From NCBI GenBank assembly GCA_043228905.1, contig JBHGNT010001480.1, positions 1-7,805 of the forward strand: a DNA stretch of 7,805 bases, read 5' to 3'. Every line of letters starts with the position of its first letter. Within the stretch, counting starts at the first letter, position 1. The notes under the pieces were generated by a model. That model saw only the letters and a program-made list of their open reading frames with translations, was not told the origin of the DNA and searched no databases. This DNA is from Azolla caroliniana. Its lineage: Eukaryota; Plantae; Polypodiophyta. Both the position numbers and the translations under genes were made by a program. Shown in pieces: positions 1 through 7,237 of this stretch.

Positions 1-360
1 AATCACGTTCAACAAAGGAACAATGCGCCTGATGGTGAGATGCTCTACTCACAGTCAGATGATAGAAGAGGACTTGGCCATGGAAATAGAGGTCGGTTCG
101 AACGAGGCCGACACGGTCGGCCGAACCAAGAGCATACCTTCCACCAATGGCAAGAGGATAGAAACAGTCCCATCGAGTTCGGTAGAAGGGGGAGCCACCC
201 AGCCGGACCGACCAATTGTAACAACCCGATCGAATGTGGGTACTGTGGAAAACACGACCACTATGAAGAGGAGGGCCAAAAAAAGATACGAGACTCGGCT
301 TCGACTAGCCGACAACTCACAAACTACGCTTCGAATTCCGACTACGACAATCGTGGTGGG
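1..360 (+). pseudogene. gag: gag C-terminus with RG-rich stretch and CCHC zinc knuckle (element A)
   Basis: Frame 1 is open from base 1. GRGRFERGRHGR is followed by CGYCGKHDHYEEEG at 235-276 (CX2CX4HX4C with the last Cys changed to Gly). Confidence 0.88.
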
Positions 361-429
361 ATGTTCGTAATGATGCATGGAGCACACTCGGTGTTGGCAC
401 AGGCCCCGACCAAGACCTCTTCTTCCGAT

Positions 430-700
430 AGCACATGGTTTGTGAACTTAGGATCATCGAATCACATGATGTCCCATGAAGATTGGTTCCAAGAATTACG
501 GAAGCTATGTTGAAACTGGAGATGATTTGACTCACCCAATTCGGCATGTCGCGAATGTTTCATTCGGAAATGACGGAAAACAAAGCTACCTCAAGAACGT
601 TTTGCATGTCCCAACCATCACAAAAAACTTTCTCTCGGTCGGCCAGATTGTCGAACAAGGTATGCAAGTACGATTCAATAATCAAGGGTGCTTCATCGAA
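430..700 (+). pseudogene. pol: Copia aspartic protease, inactivated
   Basis: WFVNLGSSNHM at 436-468 matches WxxDSGASxHM with catalytic D>N. After a frameshift near 505 comes YVETGDD...LKNVLHVPTITKNFLSVGQI. Confidence 0.9.
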
Positions 701-940
701 AAGGACGATCAAATTATAGTGCACGGTCACCAAGAAGGTCGAATGTTCATCCTCGAATCAGAGGAGGTGTAATTGGCTATGTTCGCAAATGGCATCAAAG
801 TTGAAACAGACTTGAAACTATGGCACAAGAGAATCAACCACATCAATCTTGAAAAGCTCCAGAACATGCAGTCAAAAGGAGTCGTAATTGGACTCCCGAC
901 ATTTACTTAGAAGGAGATTACGGGCGTATCCAAGGCATGA
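701..940 (+). pseudogene. pol: GAG-pre-integrase / N-terminal half of integrase HHCC zinc finger
   Basis: GRMFIL...LWHKRINHIN (W at 821)...GLPTFT*KEITGVSKA*, broken at 940 by an insertion. Confidence 0.88.
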
Positions 941-1049
941 TGTCGTGAAAAATCCGTCACTACATGCGGATCGTGAGGTGGAACTACTGGGGTTCTGGAT
1001 GGGAAGGATTCGAAGTTTGTACTAGCTTTAGCGAGAAAGTATTTAAGAT

Positions 1050-1155
1050 AGATTGAAAGAGAGAGAGAGATTGAGATAAGATAGAACACTTGACTTTAGA
1101 TTGAGAGAGATTGAAATGGAGAGAGAGATTAAGATTGAACCCTTGACTTTAGATT
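1050..1155. repeat. Imperfect ~53 bp tandem duplication with GA tracts inside element B
   Basis: CTTGACTTTAGATT at 1089-1102 and 1142-1155, each preceded by GAGAGAGATT...AAGAT-GAAC. Confidence 0.75.
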
Positions 1156-1250
1156 TGAGGAACAAGGTATATCATCAATTGGATAACGAATTTTCTTCTT
1201 ATTAAATTCTTGATTAATACATAGCTCCCTTTGAACTTTTTCATCCACTC

Positions 1251-1368
1251 TTTTATAGATATCCCCATGCATATGGTGCATGTGAGGGTACAAGACATAC
1301 ATACAATGCATGGAATGCATGTGATGCATGTTTGCCATTTGGCGCTCATGCATTACATGTGATGCATG
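1251..1368 (-). promoter_or_regulatory. Putative LTR promoter: TATA box with upstream cluster of CATGCA (RY-like) motifs
   Basis: - strand CTATAAAAG at about 1250-1258. CATGCA/TGCATG at 1266, 1277, 1307, 1316, 1325, 1347 and 1363. Confidence 0.55.
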
Positions 1369-1592
1369 ATAACCATGTTACTCATTCAAGCTCTAATATG
1401 AGAATTTACATGTGAAACTATAATGATAGAAAAAACATTTATAAAGAAATGACTTGGCTTGGTGGTAAGTTTATTGCCTCCTAACTTGGAGGTGCAAGGT
1501 TCAAGCCTTGCTTGCATCCTATCCGATTGATCTGTCCATCCGGTCCATCCAGTCCACATCCGACTCGGTGATCCGACGTTGCCGTTTGGTTC

Positions 1593-2340
1593 TTCGGAAA
1601 ACAATGCCCACATCCATTCCTGAAAGAGAGGAATATGAGCAGAGGGGTCCTGGATGTAGTACATTCAGATGTGTGGGGATCAGCTCAAACCGACAACATT
1701 CGGTGGTTGCCGATATTATGTCACGTTCATCGGTGACTTCTCCAGGCATACCTAGCTCTACCCGATGAAACAGATGAGCGAAGTGTTCGACCACTTCCAA
1801 AGGTTCAAAAATGAAGTTGAAAAAGGCATAGGTCGGCACGTACGCTGCCTTCTATTGGATGGAGGCAAAGAATACTTTTCAGACGAGTTTACGGCATGTC
1901 TCCGAAAGGAAGGAATATGATGAGAATTCTTGTGTCGACATATACCTTAGCAAAATGGTGGCACCAAACGGAAGAATCGGCACATAATAGAGGTTGCACG
2001 AGCAATGATGAATAAGAAGAACTTGCCGAAATCGTACTAGCCAGAAGCATCGACATGACCGTATATTTCATGAATGGGTGTACAACCTTTGGGGTACACG
2101 AAGTAACCCCGTATGAGAGGTTTTCTCGAGAGAAGCTGGATTTATCACATATTCGGATTTTCGGCTCAATCGCCTATGTGCATATTCCCGACGAAACACA
2201 ACAAAAGCTCAACCTGAAGTCAGAGAAATGTATCCTTGTTGGGTACTCACTCCAACAGATGGGGTACAAATGTTACAACCCATCTACCCGAAAAGGTCAA
2301 GTCGAGACGTCATTTTCGACGAGTTAGCATCCTGGTAAGA
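1593..2340 (+). pseudogene. pol: Copia integrase core (DDE) and C-terminal SH3-like/GKGY region
   Basis: FGKQCPHPF...LDVVHSDVWG (D at 1668)...YYVTFIGDFSR...LLDGGKEY (D at 1858)...P*QNGGTKRKNR (E>K at 1966)...RIFGSIAYVHIP...SEKCILVGYS..GYKCYNP. Confidence 0.95.
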
Positions 2341-2729
2341 TCTAGAGACGACTCTGATTTCTACTCCAATCGACCCGGAATCGGCCGAATGAGAGATAGA
2401 AGACGAATTTCGACTCAAACACATGTTCGAAGAAATTCCAATTACGACAAGGCTTAGTGAACCACAAGAACCCCTGAGTGACCAAAGCACATCTCGACCG
2501 AGTCTGAAACTCGACAAAGGGAAGGCCAAAATGTCTGAATACGAAGATCCAATCAACAATGCATCAACTCACACCCGATCGTCCAGACAAATGGAGTGAA
2601 GAAAGCATTGGTCTCCGTGAACGAGAAGCTACGTTGGTCAACCCGTGAAAAAATCCCCGTAAGCCGATTCGGCTACAATGAGTACATGGCGTATCATTAC
2701 GCCTTTATGATGAAGGTAGCGATTACACG

Positions 2730-3700
2730 GGAGCCGGAAACATTTTCCAAAGCCTGAAGGACCCTCGATGGGTCGACACGATGAACGAAGAAAGCGATTG
2801 GTTGCAGATGGGATCTATAAGGTCAAATACAATGCAAATGGCTCCATAAATCACTTCAAAGCATGACTCGTCGCAAAAGGATATGCACAAATGCACAAAG
2901 CCAACTACGAGGAGACCTTTGCCCTAGTGGCAAAGATGATGACTGTGCAGACTGTAATTGCACTTGCAGGCACGAAAGGGTGGCATCTCCACCGAATGAA
3001 TGTCAAGAATGCCGAAGGCAAATTGGAAGAGGAGGTGTATATGGTATAAACACCCGGCTTCGAATCCCGTATTCATCCGAAAGTCGTGTGCCGTGTCAAG
3101 AAGCCAATCTATGGCCTCAAGCAAGCACTGCGTGCTTGGCATTCAATGATCACTCAGTATCTTCACCAAATCAGCTTTCGAATGTCGAAATCGGACAACT
3201 CCCTGTACATCCGAAATGAGCTGCACAACCCGATTGTCATTATCCTATACATGGATGATCTAGTAATCGATGGAAAGGATCTCGCCGAGATCATTAAACT
3301 CAAATCACTCCTATCCGGCAGAATCGAAATAAAAGACCTGCATGAGCTCCCTTATTTTTTTGGCATTGAAGTAATTCGAACACCAATCAAGATATTGATC
3401 TCTCAACGACACTACGTTTTGAACTTACTCTACAAATTCGAAATGACCGAGTGCAAACCTGTGTCTACCCCTCTCCACCGACATCTCAATGTCGATGTCG
3501 ATTCAGGCACAACCGAATGCGATCCGACTCGGTATCGACAATTGATTGAACTATCACATGACCTGACCTCAGCTATTCAATCGACCTACTCAGCCAATTC
3601 ATCGACTACTCCGCCAATTCATGCAGAACCCACGAAATGATCATCTCGATTGCGCTAAGAGGATACTTCGATATGTTAGTACGATGATGGATTACAACAT
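2730..3700 (+). pseudogene. pol: Copia reverse transcriptase (RVT_2-type), degenerate
   Basis: EPETF; AIGCRWIYKVK; KA*LVAKGYAQ; YEETFA; MNVKNA..LEEEVYM; KKPIYGLKQALRAW; LYMDD (3248-3259); DLHELPYFFGIEV; SQRHY; CKPVSTP; PDLSYS; AKRILRYV. Confidence 0.96.
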
Positions 3701-3727
3701 CATGCATAAGTCGAACACGCTTATTCG

Positions 3728-4256
3728 ACTCGAAGGGTACACGAACGCAGAATGGGTTGTTTCTAAGGATGATAGATGATCCACTTCCAGATTTGTCTTC
3801 TTACTCGGCAGCAGAGCGATCTCCTAGAGTAGCAAGAAATAGCGGATAGTCACATTGTCAAGCACAGAGGCCGAATATTGGAGCGTGACAATCGCCGCAT
3901 GCAAAGCTGTCTTGCTCAAACGCATCTTGAAGGACCTGGGTGTTCCCATTACGGATCCAATTCGCCTATTCTGCGACAACATGAACAACATCTACCTTGC
4001 TCAGAACCCGGTATTCCATGCACGAACTAAACACATCGAAGTCCACTACCACTTTATTCGCGAGCACATTCAGGCCGGTGAAATCGATTTCCAACACATC
4101 AGAACGAACCTTCAAGTTGTTGACATCTTTACGAAGGCCTTAGGAGTCGACAAGATCGGGCAACTCGCATCGGACCTCTGTTTCACAATCTCTACATTGC
4201 CGAGCTTGTGGGGGAGTACAACACTTGCCACGCAAGCAGTCGAGAAGCAGAAGTAA
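3728..4256 (+). pseudogene. pol: Copia RNase H, degenerate
   Basis: LEGYTNAEW...STSRFVF...IS*SSKK*..VTLSSTEAEY...LFCDN...NPVFHARTKHIEVHYHFIRE...QVVDIFTKAL. Confidence 0.96.
4203..4217 (+). other. PPT-like tract at the end of RNase H, not adjacent to an LTR
   Basis: AGCTTGTGGGGGAGT resembles the copia TTGAGGGGGAG polypurine tract but is followed by ACAAC, not TG. Confidence 0.55.
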
Positions 4257-4319
4257 CCCCGATCAATCGATCGAAGTCGACCAGTGGAGTCAAAGTACGA
4301 ACAAACAATCGAACAATCG

Positions 4320-4362
4320 AAATCGAAAAGTGAAGTCCAAACCAAAATCGAAAAGTGAAGTC
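4320..4362 (+). repeat. 18-bp perfect direct repeat in the 3' UTR of element A
   Basis: AAATCGAAAAGTGAAGTC at 4320-4337 and 4345-4362, within an (A)ATCGA-rich tract. Confidence 0.85.
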
Positions 4363-4449
4363 GAACCCGATTCAACCGAATCAAAGTGCTTCTTCGTAGA
4401 CTAAACCAAAACAACCTTTTGACATCCGAAAGTTGTGTTCGAAGGGCCG

Positions 4450-4623
4450 TGCTGAGAATCAAACTCAACTTCCCATAGAGATAGTGTTCACACTGGCCAT
4501 TGGACATCGTACTAGGTTAGATTTGTAATTAGTAGAAAGGGCACTTGCGCTAGATCAGTTGGTATTTAAACCAACATTTTGTAACATAGTTAGTGGTGGA
4601 TGTAATATACAGTTTCATGTCTA

Positions 4624-4664
<41 letters not shown>

Positions 4665-4729
4665 CACACTTGTCTCACGTACACATACATAGTTCTTCCG
4701 TTGTACAGAATCACCCTCTATTCTTTACA
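4450..4729 (+). repeat. 3' LTR of element A (~280 bp)
   Basis: Preceded by a degenerate PPT (TTCGAAGGGCCG). Starts TGCTGAG (probably TGTTGAG, pairing with nearby CTCAAC), has TATTTAAA at about 4563 and a (CT)n tract, and ends CTTTACA exactly where LINE-like coding begins. The 5' LTR is not in the window. Confidence 0.72.
4627..4660 (+). repeat. (CT)17 microsatellite
   Basis: Perfect dinucleotide run counted directly. Confidence 0.95.
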
Positions 4730-5280
4730 AGGTGTGTCTGCATTATATAGACATGCTTCTAGCTTGGTTCTATTTTCTAGAGGCAATGATACATTATTTC
4801 CAATTTCCAGATTTATCTGAGAAGGTTATCCGTTAGCACCGTTTCTTTTGATTTTATTTGGGAACCTCTATCATCTTTTCTTAGATCCTCGACTGCGGCC
4901 ATCCAAACAATAGCCTTACCTATTGCAAACTCGATAGTTCTTGATGATGAGTTTGCAAATGACACTACTCTTTATATTTGTGGAGATGTTATTAATCTTG
5001 ATCGGGTACAAAATGCTTTGCATATATTTTTAGATGCTATTGGAGCCTCTCTCAATTGGAATAAATGTGTAGGCCTTTGGGCTAGTGATGAACCGCGTCT
5101 AGAGTGGTATCTAGGCCCTCCATTATGTTGGCTTACCATTTGTTAGTTAGGTTGGCTTGTTGGTATAGATTTACCATTTGAAGTAATTATCAATCAAGCA
5201 TAAGTTGGTATATTGGAACTCACAACAGTTATCCTTTGTAGGTCCGGTTGTCATTGCATATTCAGTGTTTCTGGCCTAAA
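4730..5280 (+). mobile_element. L1-clade LINE ORF2 reverse transcriptase remnant (element C)
   Basis: VSALYRHASS...ISRFI*EGYPLAPFL (cf. RQGCPLSPxLF). After a frameshift near 4860: LP...EFANDTTLY (FADD motif at 4952), F..AIGASLNWNKC, LGWLVG. Then KLVYWNSQQLSFVGPVVIAYSVFLA (cf. KLxxWxxxxLSxAGRxxLxxSVL). Confidence 0.88.
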
Positions 5281-5814
5281 TGTCACTCGGCCACAACCGA
5301 ATCTTGAATCATAGAAATGGGAATGAACGAGAGAGTACACAGAAATGACACAAGATATTTTCATGGAATACCCTAATAAGGAAAAACCACGGGAGCCCAC
5401 GGACTCCAACTATCACTATATGAGAGGAAATACAAAGTGGAGGCACAGAGGCAACAACCTCGTGCTCGCGATCTTCACCAGACGGCGGTTACAAGAGAGA
5501 GTGCTCGTAGCTACTCTCTCGTGCTCTCTCTCTCTCTCTCTCTTTGTCACCTCTCTGTACAGTAGTTACAACAATATGACAGCAACAATAACAACCACAC
5601 ACAAGTAATTGTCGTATGTCATATTTATACTTATAGGAACTTAGGGCTATTTATAAATATAGCCTCAATAGGCTTACTCAGAAAACATATTTACATATAT
5701 GTTTTCTCTTCTTGTTCTCACCGGGTCTCCTCCGATTTCCGGTTTTTTTCCGGTTCTCACCGGGTCCTCTTTATTCATCACCTGATCCCATCCGAAGGGA
5801 CCGATTTCCCAACA
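5281..5814 (-). repeat. 3' LTR of element D (534 bp)
   Basis: The - strand begins TGTTGGG directly after the PPT and ends GAGTGACA at the LINE junction. TATAAAT at about 5623-5629, a GA tract, and CCCGTGGTTTTTCC...CCATGAAAATATCTTGTGTC, a motif I recognise from Tnt1-like LTR U5 regions. Internal 14-bp repeat GTTCTCACCGGGTC at 5714 and 5753. Confidence 0.88.
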
Positions 5815-5830
5815 ATCTCCTCCTTCACTC
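5815..5830 (-). other. Polypurine tract of element D
   Basis: - strand GAGTGAAGGAGGAGAT immediately before TGTTG, overlapping the pol stop codon (5825-5827). Confidence 0.9.
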
Positions 5831-6732
5831 CGGCATGGGATGTCTCGTTAGCCCGATCCGCTTTCGGCACATGTCTAGCTTGTCGGTTGTCAACACCTTG
5901 GTCAACATATCAGACCTGTTCTCCTCCGTGTGGATCTTCATCAGCATGAACTCTTGATCTTCTACTCTCTCCCGGATCCAGTGGTACCTCCGTTGGATAT
6001 GTTTCGTTTAAGAATGGTAGGCCGCGTTCTTTGTAAGGTGGATGACTCTTTGACTATCGCAGGAGAACCGGTATTCCTCCTGTTGGATCCCTAGCTCTCT
6101 GATGAAGTCCTTCATCCAGATTATATCCTTGCCAGCTTCTTCAGCTGCCATGTACTCCGCCTCCGTGGTTGACAACGCAACCATCTTCTGCAGCTTCTAC
6201 TTCCATGATACAGCTCCCCCTGCATAAGTCATGACATATCTAGATGTCGAACGGCTAGTATCTGCATTAGTCGACATATCCAAATCTGTGAATCTGTCAA
6301 GTTGGGGATTACCGGAGCTGAACTGGAGGCACATACTCGGGGTGCCTTTCAGATACCAGAGTATCCACTTGACCGTGTTCCAATGCTCTTTTCCGGGATT
6401 TCTCATGAACCGGCTCATCACGCCGACTCCATATCCAATATCCGGTTGGGTACATACCATCGCATACATCAAGCTTCCGACGGCAGAGGCATATGGTATC
6501 TTCATCATATCCGTCTTCTCCGCCTTTGTCCTCGGGCTTTGTTTTTCGGACAACTTGAAGTTTGCTAGAAGTGTCGATCAGACTAGTTTCGCCTCCGACA
6601 TGTTGAACCATTGAAGCACCTTTGTCACGTACTTCTGTTGTGACAACCACAATAGCTTCTTCCATTGGTCCTGGATGATGTGTATTCCTAATATCTGTCT
6701 TGTCGGACCCAAGTCTTTCATTGAGAAGGTCC
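5825..6732 (-). pseudogene. pol: Copia pol C-terminus: RT thumb and RNase H (element D)
   Basis: TFSMKDLGPTRQILGI..LWLSQQKY; IPYASAVGSLMYAMVCTQPDI; NPGKEHW..VKWILWYLKGT; RSTSRYV..AGGAVSWK*KLQKMVALSTTEAEY; CDSQ; TKHIQRRYHWIRE; SDMLTKVL. Contains stops and a frameshift near 6570. Confidence 0.96.
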
Positions 6733-7191
6733 TGTTATTCCTTGGGCAGGACGAGCCCTAACACAGGGTGTCCCTCTAAGACACTTCACCAAAGGGTGGT
6801 GCAAGTGGGGTAGGCGTAGATCGTGATACAAACGTATTCCTAACCAGCTTGGTTAAGGATCGTAATACACGTGTAACATAGATTCAATTAAGACCAGAAT
6901 GGTAATTAACTAAAGCCTCAAAGATTAAACAAGATGTAGAACAACAACACTTTCATTAATAAACCGCTATCTCATTACAATCTAACAGAGTCCTTTCATA
7001 GGTCACCGGCTCTAGGTACGAACCGGTGCCAACCGGCAACCAGCTACGAACCGGTCCGGATCCGGATCGGCATACCGATTCCGGGTTCGTCCGTTTGCTT
7101 CTTAAAATATAATAATTATAGATAGTTCTAAAATAACTATCCCTTTCCCATTTTGGACTTTATCCGGCTTTTAAGTCTTTGCCGGTCAACA
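6733..7191. repeat. LTR of element E (~459 bp)
   Basis: TGTTATT...GTCAACA termini (4-bp inverted repeat), then a 2-nt spacer and the PBS. CCGG-rich block at 7005-7086 with TACGAACCGGT twice (7017, 7045) and the palindrome TCCGGATCCGGA (7055-7066). Confidence 0.82.
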
Positions 7192-7193
7192 CA

Positions 7194-7210
7194 TGGCACG
7201 CCCGTGGGAC
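7194..7210 (+). other. Primer-binding site complementary to the 3' end of tRNA-Arg(UCU)
   Basis: TGGCACGCCCGTGGGAC versus the recalled plant tRNA-Arg(UCU) complement TGGCACGCCCGGTGGGAC (one G missing). It sits 2 nt after ...AACA. Confidence 0.85.
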
Positions 7211-7237
7211 AGTACCTTGTATGTCGAATCCCATAGT

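Larger units (their letters stand above)
941..1603 (-). mobile_element. Solo-LTR-like insertion (element B), reverse orientation; right boundary uncertain (1592-1603)
   Basis: Interrupts the CxxC-x-FGKQ motif of element A. Begins TGTCGTG, so the - strand ends ...CACGACA. On the - strand: GC-rich U3-like part, TATAAAA (1257-1251), AT-rich stretch, CT-rich tract. No coding motifs and no clean 5-bp TSD (CATGA vs ATGCC). Confidence 0.78.
1..4729 (+). mobile_element. Ty1/copia LTR retrotransposon (element A), degenerate; 5' end lies outside the window; interrupted at 941-~1600
   Basis: Domain order gag zinc knuckle - PR - GAG-pre-IN/IN - RT - RNase H - 3' LTR. IN before RT is diagnostic of copia. 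Many stops and frameshifts. Confidence 0.96.
5281..6732 (-). mobile_element. Ty1/copia LTR retrotransposon 3' part (element D), Tnt1/Tork-like; interrupted at 6733
   Basis: RT C-terminus, RNase H, PPT and LTR in the correct order on the - strand. Confidence 0.95.

Noticed and set aside
23-547. Overlapping ORFs 23-370(+), 55-387(-) and 317-547(-)
   Set aside because: Alternative-frame or antisense shadows of gag/PR with no motifs.
1129-1353. Cys-rich (CITCIPCIVCMSC, metallothionein-like) and His/Met-rich - strand ORFs
   Set aside because: The composition is a by-product of CATGCA repeats. The ORFs start upstream of the putative LTR TATA box and run across it.
1386-3219. ORFs 1386-1664(-), 1508-1768(+), 1519-1839(-), 1889-2071(-), 2284-2559(-), 2863-3219(+) and 2924-3142(-)
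   Set aside because: Off-frame or antisense to integrase/RT, or spanning an insertion junction.
3248-3259. YMDD motif as a sign of a retroviral or hepadnaviral RT
   Set aside because: The context is entirely copia; a single G>A change from YVDD explains it.
4290-4385. CRISPR-like or other regular repeat array
   Set aside because: Only two 18-bp copies with a 7-nt gap, in a eukaryotic retroelement context.
4112-4507. 131-aa antisense ORF over the 3' UTR as an env-like or accessory gene
   Set aside because: It overlaps RNase H, the repeat spacer and the LTR, and its composition mirrors the A-rich repeats.
4593-4820. 75-aa ORF with an LSLSLS run
   Set aside because: Chance fusion of the LTR microsatellite to the LINE frame; only the last ~30 codons are real LINE-derived coding.
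5345-5957. ORFs 5345-5608(+) and 5712-5957(+)
   Set aside because: They lie in or antisense to the LTR and RNase H of element D, with no protein motifs.
7194-7210. tRNA gene or tRNA-derived SINE on the - strand
   Set aside because: Only 17 nt match, including the CCA that is normally added post-transcriptionally. There is no cloverleaf or A/B box, and the position next to an LTR end fits a PBS.
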